A stretch of 64,000 nucleotides of DNA from positions 1 to 64,000 of the IMG/VR virus record IMGVR_UViG_3300013101_000007. One strand, written 5' to 3'. The notes beneath the pieces are model-generated. The model did not search any database and was not told where the DNA came from. It saw only the letters and a program-made list of their open reading frames with translations. Both the position numbers and the translations under genes were made by a program. Origin of the DNA: a virus. Below, piece after piece: positions 1 to 10,177 of the stretch; the first letter of the stretch is position 1, and each line of letters opens with the position of its first letter.

Positions 1-1701
1 GCTAATTTTAAATTCGATATGAACTGGATGCAGAACAATTGGGGAGTATCTGATTTTTCTGCTTTCAAAATGGACACCACTTTAGTAGGTTCGTTGTTAG
101 ATGAAAACCGCTCAAATAGTCTAAACAACCATGCAAAGATATACACAAAGATAGGCGGCTATGATGATGAATTTAATGCTAAGATTGACAAGTCTCGTAT
201 GGATTTGGTTAGTGATACTGATCTGTTACATTATGCTGGTGGGGATACTGATGCTGGTCTCATGGTTGGGCAAGCACTCAAAAAGATACTGGGTAGGGAT
301 AAGGCCTTACGCAATTTCTATGTTAAGTTATTACACCCAGCGGCAAAAGCTGTTCAGATTATGGAGCAAAGGGGGATGGTTGTTGATGTTGCTCAATACG
401 AGGTATTACGCCATGAAGTCCAAAAAGAAATTGACAGAACAAGTGAGGCGGCTAAGAAATTTATGCCGATGCAGTTAAGGGTAAAACATAGAGATTCAAA
501 AAGTCCAATAGGCCCTTCTATGCTTAAAGATTATTTATTTGATAATGAGCATGGATTAGAAATAACACCTTTGATGGTAACAGCCAAAACTAAACAACCT
601 TCGACCGCAATGGAGCATGTTACTTTACTTTCAAAAAGGAAAGGTAAAAAATACGATAATGTTAGAAAGTTGGTTGATCTACTGTCAGCCTATAATAGTG
701 CTTCTAAAACAATGTCCACTTACATTGTCGGATTCCTGAAGCATCTACGAACTGATGGTAAGTTTCACCCAACATACATGCTTCATAAAGGAGAGTATGG
801 AGCTTCGGGTGAGGATTCTGGTACAGTGACCGGCAGAACTTCCGCTAAAGACCCTGCATACCAGACCATACCAAAACACACTATATGGGCAAAGCCACTA
901 AGAACGGTTTATGTACCGCCTAAAGGAATGGTAATACTAAACGGTGATTATTCTCAGGGTGAACTGCGAGTGATGGCTTGTATTGCCAATGAAACAAATA
1001 TGTTAAATGCCTACAGAAAAGGTATTGATATGCACTTGATTACGGGTGCTTCGGTTTACGGTATTGAATTAGAAGAAGCCCTACAAATGTGGGAGGACAA
1101 ACATCCAGATATTAAAGCAATCAGACAGGGCGGCAAAGCAGGAAATTTTGGCCTAATATATGGAATGTCTGCTGAAGGGTTTGTGATCTATGCACAGAAA
1201 ACGTATGGAGTATCATTAACGCTTAAAGAGGCTATCAAGTTTCGGGATACGTTCTTCGACCAAAATCCAATGATCTTAGAATACCATGAGGAATACATAG
1301 CCCATGCACATGCACACGGCTTCGTTAGGAGTCCTCTGGGGCGTGTTAGACACTTACCCTTAATCAACACATACGATAAGCAGACTGTGGGCAAGCAGGA
1401 ACGTCAGGCGATCAATGCCCCTGTTCAATCAACCTTATCAGATATTGGATTGTATGCAATTGCAGAACTACATAGAAAATACCCTCAACTATGGGTTAAT
1501 GGGTTTACCCATGATTCAGTAACGGCCTACGTTCCTAAAGATGAAGTCCAATTATGGGCTCATAGAATGAAAGATACGATGGAGAATTTACCACTTAAAG
1601 AAGTGTTCGGGTGGAATCATCAAATACCTTTCGCGGTGGATATTGAAGTAGGGTATAACAATCTGGCAGAATTAGAAGAACTAGAATTAGAGGAAATGTA
1701 A
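1..1701 (+). CDS. polA: DNA polymerase family A, 5'-truncated (reading frame open from the window edge)
   Basis: TVTGRTSAKDPAYQTIP, motif A DYSQGELR, motif B KAGNFGLIYG, motif C HDS; part of the 3'-5' exonuclease (YAGGDTD) at the N-terminus. Confidence 0.95.
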   Translation, partial: ANFKFDMNWMQNNWGVSDFSAFKMDTTLVGSLLDENRSNSLNNHAKIYTKIGGYDDEFNAKIDKSRMDLVSDTDLLHYAGGDTDAGLMVGQALKKILGRDKALRNFYVKLLHPAAKAVQIMEQRGMVVDVAQYEVLRHEVQKEIDRTSEAAKKFMPMQLRVKHRDSKSPIGPSMLKDYLFDNEHGLEITPLMVTAKTKQPSTAMEHVTLLSKRKGKKYDNVRKLVDLLSAYNSASKTMSTYIVGFLKHLRTDGKFHPTYMLHKGEYGASGEDSGTVTGRTSAKDPAYQTIPKHTIWAKPLRTVYVPPKGMVILNGDYSQGELRVMACIANETNMLNAYRKGIDMHLITGASVYGIELEEALQMWEDKHPDIKAIRQGGKAGNFGLIYGMSAEGFVIYAQKTYGVSLTLKEAIKFRDTFFDQNPMILEYHEEYIAHAHAHGFVRSPLGRVRHLPLINTYDKQTVGKQERQAINAPVQSTLSDIGLYAIAELHRKYPQLWVNGFTHDSVTAYVPKDEVQLWAHRMKDTMENLPLKEVFGWNHQIPFAVDIEVGYNNLAELEELELEEM

Positions 1702-1997
1702 TGATTAAATTAAATAGTAATGGAGTAAAAAGGATTGTGGTTTGTGCTGCGAATAAATATGGAGATTTGATTGTATGTAGTGCTAGGCATTATGACAGAC
1801 GTATGCACAACACAATGAAGTATCTTGACTCTCACAGAATACCGGCAGATCAAGAAGTGCAGGGATTTATTGACCAGTTTGGGACTTTCATGGACAGAGA
1901 GGAGGCCATGCAAATTGTGTTAGGTAATAATCAGAAATTTAATAAGGTGCGTAATGGTGGAGATACAAAGGAATTATTCAGTGAAGGATTATATTAA
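1701..1997 (+). CDS. conserved phage hypothetical protein
   Basis: 98-aa ORF coupled to the polA stop; GFIDQFGTFMDREEA...LFSEGLY pattern typical of small phage proteins. Confidence 0.7.
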   Translation: MIKLNSNGVKRIVVCAANKYGDLIVCSARHYDRRMHNTMKYLDSHRIPADQEVQGFIDQFGTFMDREEAMQIVLGNNQKFNKVRNGGDTKELFSEGLY

Positions 1998-2004
1998 ATT
2001 AAAT

Positions 2005-2032
2005 TTGACAATTAAAATTATACGTGTATAAT
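2005..2032 (+). promoter_or_regulatory. sigma70-type promoter, early-cassette family
   Basis: TTGACA-attaaaattatacgtg(16)-TATAAT followed by the AACGGATTAAA leader. Confidence 0.85.
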
Positions 2033-2065
2033 GGAACTCACACTAACCAAACGGATTAAACAAAA

Positions 2066-2335
2066 ATGAAAACAATTATACGTGATGAAAATACTGATGA
2101 ATTTAACCTTACAGAAGATTTTTCTGATGGCATCTTAAATCTGCTGCATGACAGATATAATGTAAATGGCGAATCTGTAACCGGTCAAGCTATGTCCTAC
2201 CTGCAAAAAGAAATTAAAGGTAAGGGTTGGAAATTCAAAAATTATGAATTTGAATACATCTTAATTGATGCGGGGTTTTCTGTATCTATGGGTACTAATT
2301 CACGTAATCAAAAATGTGTTGTGGTTTATCTATAA
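2066..2335 (+). CDS. hypothetical protein (early-type)
   Basis: 89-aa ORF directly behind the promoter and leader. Confidence 0.7.
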   Translation: MKTIIRDENTDEFNLTEDFSDGILNLLHDRYNVNGESVTGQAMSYLQKEIKGKGWKFKNYEFEYILIDAGFSVSMGTNSRNQKCVVVYL

Positions 2336-2463
2336 ATAAAAAATAAACAAAAACCTACCAAAAACGGGTAATAATCTATCATTTAATACAAAAAAGTGCT
2401 AGATTATTGCTTTTGGAGGTTGTATGCTGTTTCTTGATGCAATCAATTGCAATGGGAATAGCT

Positions 2464-4293
2464 ATGCCAGTAACGATCAAACAAAAATCAGATAACTCCA
2501 CCGGTAAGGCTTTAGGAGCGCAATCCTCTATAACCCTTATAAAATCAAAGAAAGTATCTAAAGCTGAAAATGATGTTCTTCAATCCAATGCTTTATTAAC
2601 GGATGATCTTTTTGAACTTGATTACTTCGATATAAAATCAAATGCCAAAGCCGTAGTATTAAGACCTCCATTTGTACCAACACTCTTAGCTTCCTTGTGT
2701 AAAGAGAATAATGCACTTGAACAGTGCGTAGCGGCTATGGAAGTGAACATTGATGGCACGGGATACGAGGTGGGCTCATCTGAAGCGGGTGAAGAAGAAA
2801 CTGAGGCAGAGAAAGTACAAGCCCAAGGCATAATGGATTTCTTTGATGAAATTTTCCCAGCTAAATCATTCATTACTGTTCGTAGAGAACTTCGCAGAGA
2901 CCAAGAATCAACCGGCAACTCATACATGGAGGTTCTTCGTTCTATTGCAGGTGAAATTGTTTTTGCCAAGGCACTAGAATCTGTAACTATGCGAATAGTA
3001 AAATTAGATGACCCTGTACCTGTAAAGGTAACAATAGAAAGATTTGGTTCAGAACAAACCGTAACTCTTATAAAGCGAGAAAGAAGGTATGTTCAGAAAA
3101 TAGGGGATAAAAGCATATTCTTTAAAGAATTTAATGCAAGTCGTGACTTAAATAAATGGACGGGTGATTGGGCAGAACAAGGACAAAGATTAGCCATTGA
3201 AGATAGAGCTACTGAAATAATACATTTCTTTCCTATAAAAGATGTATTAAGTCCTTACGGCTTACCTAGATGGATTAATCAAATACCTTCCATTTTGGGT
3301 TCAAGGAAAGCCGAAGAATTAAATTTAGATTTTTTTAATGCCGGTGGATTACCTCCAGCAATTATTGCTATACAAGGTGGGGAATTAACCGAGGAAGTAA
3401 GAAAGCAATTAAACACTTATGTTTCTGGAAAAGGAGCATCCAAACATAGAGCGGCTGTAATTGAAATTCAATCAAGTGGTGGCTCATTAGATTCTGCTGG
3501 TAATGTCAGAATGACAGTTGAGCGGTTTGGTGCTGAACGTCAGCAAGATTCAATGTTTGAGAATTATGATAGTAAGTGCGAGAAAAGGGTAAGGTCAAGT
3601 TTTAGACTACCACCTATGTTCGTGGGTAAGGCTGATGATTATTCTTTTGCTACGGCCTTTGCATCGTACACAGTGGCAGAAGCTCAAGTGTTTCAACCAG
3701 AACGTAGTGAGTTTGATGAAGTAATGAACAACACTATTATGAAGGAGATTGCACCGGAATTTATGTTCAGGTCTTTACCTTTGGCTGTTCGTGATGCTAC
3801 CCAGCAATTAAAAGGGATTGAGCTATCAAAAGATTCACTTGATAATGAGGGGTTCGTTAAAGCTATTAACGAAGTAACTAACATGAATCTGAAAATACCT
3901 GAAGGTACGGGAAAACAACCGGCAACTAATGCCCCTGTGGATACTCCTGAAGATGAAGGGGGTGAATCTGATACCATAACCGCATTAGAACCTAAAGCAA
4001 CCCCTGTTGAGCCTACAAAGGTGTCTAAGATTGACCCTATGGTTATGATTGAAATGGCAACCCAATGGGCTGATTACAGTGCGGGGGTTACTATCAAAGT
4101 AGACCCAGAACACTTATACACTGTTATAAAGTCTATGCCAGACGATCAAAGGCAGTTATTTGATGCTTATGTTGCTATTAAATTAATGTCTGGTTTTGAC
4201 CATGACCCAGAAGGGGCTATTGAATTAATGGGCGCGGCTACAGATATATTAATGACTAAAAATGAGTGCTGTACACATGGCGATAAAGAATGA
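2464..4293 (+). CDS. portal protein (PBSX/XkdE-like)
   Basis: GNSYMEVLR, EIIHF, SPYGLPRW, FFNAGGLP and FRLPPMFVG portal motifs; likely start is ATG 2464 (MPVTIKQK) after GGGA. Confidence 0.9.
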   Translation: MPVTIKQKSDNSTGKALGAQSSITLIKSKKVSKAENDVLQSNALLTDDLFELDYFDIKSNAKAVVLRPPFVPTLLASLCKENNALEQCVAAMEVNIDGTGYEVGSSEAGEEETEAEKVQAQGIMDFFDEIFPAKSFITVRRELRRDQESTGNSYMEVLRSIAGEIVFAKALESVTMRIVKLDDPVPVKVTIERFGSEQTVTLIKRERRYVQKIGDKSIFFKEFNASRDLNKWTGDWAEQGQRLAIEDRATEIIHFFPIKDVLSPYGLPRWINQIPSILGSRKAEELNLDFFNAGGLPPAIIAIQGGELTEEVRKQLNTYVSGKGASKHRAAVIEIQSSGGSLDSAGNVRMTVERFGAERQQDSMFENYDSKCEKRVRSSFRLPPMFVGKADDYSFATAFASYTVAEAQVFQPERSEFDEVMNNTIMKEIAPEFMFRSLPLAVRDATQQLKGIELSKDSLDNEGFVKAINEVTNMNLKIPEGTGKQPATNAPVDTPEDEGGESDTITALEPKATPVEPTKVSKIDPMVMIEMATQWADYSAGVTIKVDPEHLYTVIKSMPDDQRQLFDAYVAIKLMSGFDHDPEGAIELMGAATDILMTKNECCTHGDKE

Positions 4294-5293
4294 GGCTTTT
4301 TTGGTTCTGGAGTTCTCACTAGCGCAAAGACTGGACACCGCAACCAAAAAAGAATACCTACCTAAAATAAGAAGGGCAGCTAGTGATGCCATAAAAGGTG
4401 ACTTTGTTTCTGCACATGAAGAAGTAAACAGCATTAATCTTACTGAAGCCGTGGAATCAGAACGTAAGTTTATTGATTTAGTAGGGATGCAAGCTATTCT
4501 ATTTGGGGCACGGGATTTCCACTCTGCAAAAAATACCAGTTTTGCGGGAAACCCTCCACCGGTGGAATTAAAAAATGCTACCGATACTATAACAAAGATG
4601 CTTATTCAGAATACCACTGAAGCAGTAAAGTCCAATGCTCATAACTTATTAGATATTGAACAAGTAGCTCAAAATGAATCTGAGATTGTTATTCAGAAAG
4701 CAACCACAAAAGGATTTGTACGCAATTTTGTATCAAGTGTGGGAAAAAAAGGTAGGGGCTTTGTTGATATAGGCTCAAGTTTACACACATCCAGATTAGC
4801 CTCATGGGGATTTACTACTGAAGCAGAATTATTAGGACAAACATCTTTCATTGTATCTGAAGTATTGGATGGTAGGACTTGTCCTGTTTGTAATCTTATG
4901 AATGGGAAAGTGTTTCCAGTTAATACGGCTAAACTTAGATTAGAAAGTCAATTAAGCATTAATGACCCACTTGAATTAAAAGCGGTGGCAAAATGGCCTA
5001 GCCAAACAAAGTCAGGTATAGCAAAATTAGAGAGTATGTCAGACAGTGAGTTGATAAGTGCCGGTTGGGATACACCGCCTTATCATCCAAGATGTAGAGG
5101 TGTATTAAGAAGGACTAATAAAATAGCACCACTTACGATACCAGAAACCGTACTACCTTTAGCCGTGGAGGAAATTATAACCCCACTTGTTGTAGAAGCC
5201 GCCAGTTTGGGTGGTGTTGCCAGTGTTGCCAGTGTTGCCATTATTACTGAATCAACATTACCACCACCAGTATCAGAAGAAAATGAAAATTAA
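4262..5293 (+). CDS. head morphogenesis protein (SPP1 gp7/Mu F-like)
   Basis: DGRTCPVC...PPYHPRCR signature; follows the portal gene. Confidence 0.85.
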   Translation: MSAVHMAIKNEAFLVLEFSLAQRLDTATKKEYLPKIRRAASDAIKGDFVSAHEEVNSINLTEAVESERKFIDLVGMQAILFGARDFHSAKNTSFAGNPPPVELKNATDTITKMLIQNTTEAVKSNAHNLLDIEQVAQNESEIVIQKATTKGFVRNFVSSVGKKGRGFVDIGSSLHTSRLASWGFTTEAELLGQTSFIVSEVLDGRTCPVCNLMNGKVFPVNTAKLRLESQLSINDPLELKAVAKWPSQTKSGIAKLESMSDSELISAGWDTPPYHPRCRGVLRRTNKIAPLTIPETVLPLAVEEIITPLVVEAASLGGVASVASVAIITESTLPPPVSEENEN

Positions 5294-5352
5294 TTTTAAA
5301 AAACTTAGTGCAATTGATTGCAATTACTAAAAAGAGGTAGTAACTTTACAAC

Positions 5353-5943
5353 ATGAATATGCTTCTAAAAAAATTAGATGATGAACTCCAAGTTGTTTAC
5401 GGGGAAGTTTACGCGCCTAATGTCCCAGATGCTCAAGGTGATTTTATGACTTCAGATGAGGTTATAAAAATGGCACATGAGTATATGAAAAATGGTTCAT
5501 TAACAGCGGTAGACACTAATCACGATAATAAAGAAACAGGTTCTACTGTAGTTGAGTCGTTTATAGCCAATGAAGGAGACCCTATCTTTGTAGAAGGGGC
5601 TTGGGTTGTTGGTATCCATGTACCAGACCCAGAACTTTGGGCTGGTATAAAAAATGGAGAATTAAACGGTTTTTCTATGGAAGCAATGGTACAGGCAGAA
5701 AAAAAGATCATAGAGTTTGAAGTTCCTGATATTATTGTAGGTACAACCCTATCTGATGACACTGGGCATACGCACGAATATACAGTTAAGTTTGATGAGC
5801 AGGGAAATTTTCTTGGTGGGAGTACTGATGTAGTTGATGGACACGTTCACCCAATAGTTAAAGCTACGGTTACTGGAGAAACTGAGGGGCATACCCATAA
5901 GTTCTCTATCGTAGAAAGTATGGAGGAACTTGAAATTGCCTAA
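5353..5943 (+). CDS. XkdF-like prohead serine protease with His-rich C-terminal repeats
   Basis: VVYGEVYAPNVPDAQGDFMT, DTNHD, GAWVVG, GELNGFSME; C-terminal GHTHE/GHVHP/GHTHK. Confidence 0.8.
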   Translation: MNMLLKKLDDELQVVYGEVYAPNVPDAQGDFMTSDEVIKMAHEYMKNGSLTAVDTNHDNKETGSTVVESFIANEGDPIFVEGAWVVGIHVPDPELWAGIKNGELNGFSMEAMVQAEKKIIEFEVPDIIVGTTLSDDTGHTHEYTVKFDEQGNFLGGSTDVVDGHVHPIVKATVTGETEGHTHKFSIVESMEELEIA

Positions 5944-7234
5944 AATTAAGATGAACGCGAAGGAGTTAAAAGAGGCGAAGGTCGCCTTTATTTCTTTGGT
6001 CTCAAGACCAGCAAGTAGGATACCGTTTCGTATAACGAAGTCCGATAATGATAATGATAATTCACAAGATGGGAGTTTACCTATGTTCAATTTGAGCAGC
6101 GTGTTTAAGCGTGATGGCGAACCTACTTCTACAGTGCCTACCGTGGCGGCTTTAGCTATTCGTAAAGAAGATGCTGATAAGTTGTTACCTTTGCTTGTAG
6201 AAAAAGGTTTTATTACTGACAATCAGATAGAGCGTGATGATGCGCTTATTTTAAAACAGGTTGACGATTTCAATGAATCTGAAGTAATGGCTTTTAAAAT
6301 GAGTGATGATGTTGTTGCTATGATTAGCAATGTACAAAAATCATTCCAGCCTTTTACTGATAGTATTTCATTTGCTGAAAATATTGCTGGTATGGGTTTT
6401 ATGCCGGGAGTATTTACTGCTACTGATGCGTTAATGGATACCTTCCACAATATCCTTCGTAAAGCTGACAATTCGACTACGGTTCGTGCGGATATGTCTA
6501 CGGCTATTACAGAATTTGGGGATTTTGTTTCAGCATTAGCCAGTGACCTACCAGAAGTTGTTTTTAAACTTGAAGGTAATTTACTGAACAAAACAGAAAC
6601 GGCAACCAAAGCAGAAGATGACCCTGCCGAAGAAACCGCTGAAACTAACACGGCAACCGCTGAAGAAACTGATGATTCAGCACAAACCGAAGAAACAACT
6701 ACAGAAGAAACAGCCACTAAAGAAGAAGTGACTGATACTACTGATACCGATACCACCACTAAAAGTGAAGATGATGTTGCAGCTGATGAAGCCGCTCGAA
6801 TCACTGAAGCTGTAAAAGGTGATATTGATGATGACATTTTGAACCCAAACGTAGCGAAGGGCGAGAGTGCTGAGAGTGGCGAAACCGTATCAGAATCTAC
6901 CGATACTGATACAGTCGAGGCTGTGAGCAAGGGAGATACTGCTGAAGCATTAATGGTTTTATTAAAATCAATGCAAACTCAGCTCAAGGATGGATTGTCT
7001 ACTGTAACTAAGTCGTTGGAAAAAGTTGAACAAACTAATTCTGATTTAGCAAGCAGAATGACTACAGTTGAACAGGTGGCGAAAACTGCTAATGAAGCTG
7101 TTAATGGTACTGTCGTTGTTGGAAGTGACATTGTTCATAGTGAAAGCTTGGGCAATCAATCTCGTACAATGAAAAAAGATGAAGCTGACGATTCTTTATG
7201 GGATGGTTCAGGTTTAGACAAGATTATTGGTTAA
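5936..7234 (+). CDS. capsid scaffold protein with N-terminal protease-like strand
   Basis: Lies between protease and major capsid genes; acidic T/E/D linker and C-terminal coiled coil; TTG start 9 nt after GGAGG. Confidence 0.7.
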   Translation: MPKIKMNAKELKEAKVAFISLVSRPASRIPFRITKSDNDNDNSQDGSLPMFNLSSVFKRDGEPTSTVPTVAALAIRKEDADKLLPLLVEKGFITDNQIERDDALILKQVDDFNESEVMAFKMSDDVVAMISNVQKSFQPFTDSISFAENIAGMGFMPGVFTATDALMDTFHNILRKADNSTTVRADMSTAITEFGDFVSALASDLPEVVFKLEGNLLNKTETATKAEDDPAEETAETNTATAEETDDSAQTEETTTEETATKEEVTDTTDTDTTTKSEDDVAADEAARITEAVKGDIDDDILNPNVAKGESAESGETVSESTDTDTVEAVSKGDTAEALMVLLKSMQTQLKDGLSTVTKSLEKVEQTNSDLASRMTTVEQVAKTANEAVNGTVVVGSDIVHSESLGNQSRTMKKDEADDSLWDGSGLDKIIG

Positions 7235-7294
7235 TACCAACAACAAATAATCAACCTTTGTTTTTATTTAATATTTATATTTAGGAGTTCAGTA

Positions 7295-8236
7295 ATGAAA
7301 AATGCGGAATTAATGCAAAAGGCAGATTGGGCAGTCGGTGATTTATCTACCGGTGGCTTATTAACAGCCGAACAATCAAACAGCTTTATTCGTAAACTGT
7401 TAGTACAACCTACGATTTTACGTCAAGCGCGTTCAGTGACAATGAACAGCCCACAGCGTAACATTAATAAAATCCAGTTCGCTTCTCGTATTTTGAGACC
7501 GGGAGTATCTGGTACAGCTTTGTCTGTTGGTGATCGTAGCAAACCTGTCACAGAGCAAGTTCAGTTGAATACTAAAGAAGTAATCGCTGAAATTCGTTTA
7601 CCTTATGATGTTATCGAAGATAATATTGAGCGTGGCAATATTGGGCAACAAACTGATGTAGGCGGCACTCCTACTTCTGGTGGTATTAAAGATACCATTA
7701 TGACTTTGATTGCTGAACGTGCGGCTCTTGATTTAGAAGAGCTGGCATTGTTAGGTGATACAGGTTCAGGTGATGCTTACCTTGCATTGGTTGACGGGTA
7801 TCTTACTCAGGCTACAACAAATACTGTTGACAACTTGGGTGCTGGTATCGGTAAATCGGTATTTAAAGCAGGACTGCAAGCAATGCCTGACCAATACCTG
7901 CGTAACCTTAATGCTTTACGCCATTGGGTTTCTGTTGATAATGAAATTGAGTACCGTGATTCACTGTCAAACCGTGAAACTGGTCTAGGTGATTCTGTTA
8001 TCCAAGGCACTTCACCTGTATTTGGTTTCGGTGTTCCAGTTGAGGCGGCTTCATTAATGCCATCAGCTCAAGGCTTGTTGACTAATGCACTAAACTTGAT
8101 TTTTGGTATACAACGTCAAATTCATATTGAAACTGACAAAGATATTACTGAACGTGTTTACATTATCGTTTTAACTGCAAGGGTTGACTTCAAACTTGAA
8201 GAAGAAGATGCGGTAGTAAAATACATCAATCTTTAA
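7295..8236 (+). CDS. major capsid protein (HK97 fold, XkdG-like)
   Basis: GGLLTAEQSNSFI, EDNIE, DLEELALLGD and RVDFKLEEEDAVV motifs; strong RBS; position. Confidence 0.9.
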   Translation: MKNAELMQKADWAVGDLSTGGLLTAEQSNSFIRKLLVQPTILRQARSVTMNSPQRNINKIQFASRILRPGVSGTALSVGDRSKPVTEQVQLNTKEVIAEIRLPYDVIEDNIERGNIGQQTDVGGTPTSGGIKDTIMTLIAERAALDLEELALLGDTGSGDAYLALVDGYLTQATTNTVDNLGAGIGKSVFKAGLQAMPDQYLRNLNALRHWVSVDNEIEYRDSLSNRETGLGDSVIQGTSPVFGFGVPVEAASLMPSAQGLLTNALNLIFGIQRQIHIETDKDITERVYIIVLTARVDFKLEEEDAVVKYINL

Positions 8237-8324
8237 GTTTCTGGTGTGATTCATGTGGAGCAATTGTAGCTAACCCTTCAATTGTTCCAACTGAAGCATT
8301 TTTTCAATTTTTGGAGTAAATGAT

Positions 8325-8567
8325 ATGAAGTGTAAAGGAAAAGAGCATCTTGTTACCGCTCAGAATGTTACCGATGGTAGCATTTCCATTAACTTTGCTA
8401 ATGAAACAAGTGGTGCGGGTGCTTTAGTTCAAGTACGCACCACCGCTGGTGTTTCAAAAGCATGGGATGGTGCGGTTTCTGTTGCTAATTCTGGGGTAGT
8501 TACTATCAATAATGCCGGTTCAGTCGATTGGGTTGATACTGACGTTATTACAGTAATTGCGTTCTAA
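8325..8567 (+). CDS. small structural protein (possible capsid decoration)
   Basis: 80-aa beta-rich ORF after the major capsid gene and before a terminator. Confidence 0.5.
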   Translation: MKCKGKEHLVTAQNVTDGSISINFANETSGAGALVQVRTTAGVSKAWDGAVSVANSGVVTINNAGSVDWVDTDVITVIAF

Positions 8568-8584
8568 ATAGAGATACAACATTT

Positions 8585-8615
8585 AATAGGGGTTTACGCC
8601 CCTATTTTCGTTTTT
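8585..8615 (+). terminator. intrinsic terminator
   Basis: AATAGGGG-tttacg-CCCCTATT followed by a T-rich tail. Confidence 0.75.
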
Positions 8616-8632
8616 AGTATGGGGAGTTAATA

Positions 8633-9040
8633 ATGATTAAATTAAGATTAAATGCAGGTAATATTTATGTTGCTGGCGGGACTAAGTATTTAAAGAATAA
8701 AATTTACACTGTGAATAATGTTCTGGGTAATATGCTTCTTGCTTCCAAAAATGCGCGGGATATTCCTTATTTTGTTAAAGCAACCGCAAAAGATGAAAAG
8801 GCTTTAAAGGCACTGGAATCTGGTGCTGCATTAGAAGAAGATGCACCTGACACTGACATTGATGATGAACTTGATGATGAGGGTGATGATGCTGGTGATG
8901 CTGGTGATGATGCTGGTGATGAAGGTGATGAAGGTGCTGAAGGTGCTGATGTCAATAAAGATGATGCCCCTAAGAAACCAGTAGTTGACCCAAAACCAAA
9001 AGCAAAGGTCGGCAAGAAAGAAAAAACCGTTCAAGTTTAA
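8633..9040 (+). CDS. hypothetical head-associated protein with acidic low-complexity repeat
   Basis: DDAGDAGDDAGDEGDEG tract and a basic tail. Confidence 0.65.
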   Translation: MIKLRLNAGNIYVAGGTKYLKNKIYTVNNVLGNMLLASKNARDIPYFVKATAKDEKALKALESGAALEEDAPDTDIDDELDDEGDDAGDAGDDAGDEGDEGAEGADVNKDDAPKKPVVDPKPKAKVGKKEKTVQV

Positions 9041-9053
9041 TTAGGTAAGTATT

Positions 9054-9728
9054 ATGGCAAAGTTAGCAACCGTTGAAGCACTAAGAATAAGATTATCTTT
9101 AGGTGACATACCTGATGTTAATACTCGTGCGTCAGCGGCTTTAGAATCAGCCACAATACGCTTATCCTCAATAATCCGTACACGGTTTGAAAGACAGACT
9201 GTATCTGATTTATTTTGGATTGACCCAGTACAAGAACCGTGGAGGGGTGACTTTTTAGAGTTATACCTTACCCACGGTTTTTTGTTTGAAGATGAAGCGG
9301 CTTTGCCTGACCCTATAATTACTACGGCACGATTATCTGAATTTAAAAATTCCCTTTCTGCTGCTGATTTGATTGATGATTCAATATTGATTAAACAGTT
9401 AAGAAAAGGATTAGTAATGATTACTGATGAAGAGGATGGCAGTATTAGTACGCCTCAATTCAGACACTCAAATAAATTTTATGTTCAGGTGGATTATACC
9501 TGCGGATTTGAGACTTCAACTGATAAGTACGGAAAGAATTATAAGTTAGTTCCAGACTGGTTAGAAGAAGCGGCCTTAATGCAAGCGGCTATCATCTTTA
9601 AAAGTGATTGTAGCGAGGAGTCGGCAACAAAAGGCGGGGGTGATGTTAATATCAAACAAAACGATATAATGATTTTAATAGAGCGTTATATTCGATACTA
9701 CCCTTCAGCTAGAAAAACGATTCAGTAA
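9054..9728 (+). CDS. head-tail adaptor
   Basis: VDYTCGF...VPDWLEEAALMQAA pattern; position after the capsid genes. Confidence 0.7.
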   Translation: MAKLATVEALRIRLSLGDIPDVNTRASAALESATIRLSSIIRTRFERQTVSDLFWIDPVQEPWRGDFLELYLTHGFLFEDEAALPDPIITTARLSEFKNSLSAADLIDDSILIKQLRKGLVMITDEEDGSISTPQFRHSNKFYVQVDYTCGFETSTDKYGKNYKLVPDWLEEAALMQAAIIFKSDCSEESATKGGGDVNIKQNDIMILIERYIRYYPSARKTIQ

Positions 9729-10177
9729 TGGCTGATATTCTGGAAGTTGATATTCTGGGATTAGATCAACTGGCTAACTTACTATCTAATATTGAGGAAT
9801 CACTTGATGAAGATTCAATAGTAGATGAAGCCGGTGCTATCCTACTAAACAGAATAAGAACCAGATTTTTAGATGAAACCGACCCTGATGGTAGAAAGTG
9901 GGTTCGTTCACAAGCGGCTATCGAAGGTAAAGGTAGAGGTCGTAGAGGTAGAAGTTTTGGTACGTTGTTCGATACGGGGGCATTGTTTCATAGCATACAG
10001 CTATTTAAACGTGGGACTGGTGTACGAGCAATAGGAACTGATATACCTTATGCCCCTATCCACCAAAACGGGCTAGGAGGGCACGTAAAGAGGGTATTTT
10101 TAGGATTCAGTGAAGATGATGTAAGTATCGTACAAAGATTAATAATAAACAGGGTAGAGAGGGCTGTAAATGGCTGA
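9728..10177 (+). CDS. virion morphogenesis / tail completion protein (Mu gpG/P2 gpS-like)
   Basis: RFLDETDPDGRKW, LFDTGAL, GTDIPYAPIHQNG, RVFLGFS. Confidence 0.85.
   Translation: MADILEVDILGLDQLANLLSNIEESLDEDSIVDEAGAILLNRIRTRFLDETDPDGRKWVRSQAAIEGKGRGRRGRSFGTLFDTGALFHSIQLFKRGTGVRAIGTDIPYAPIHQNGLGGHVKRVFLGFSEDDVSIVQRLIINRVERAVNG

Noticed and set aside
2407-2463. Longer N-termini in the ORF track for portal (2407), amidase (34952), 51274 and 63015
   Set aside because: Downstream starts have better RBS or leader context, and the extensions overlap regulatory motifs or neighbouring genes
5214-5240. GTGTTGCCA x3 tandem repeat
   Set aside because: In-frame low-complexity VAS repeat in a protein tail; no sign of function
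8861-8950. GATGCTGGT/GATGAAGGT microsatellite-like tract
   Set aside because: Explained by an acidic D/A/G/E linker
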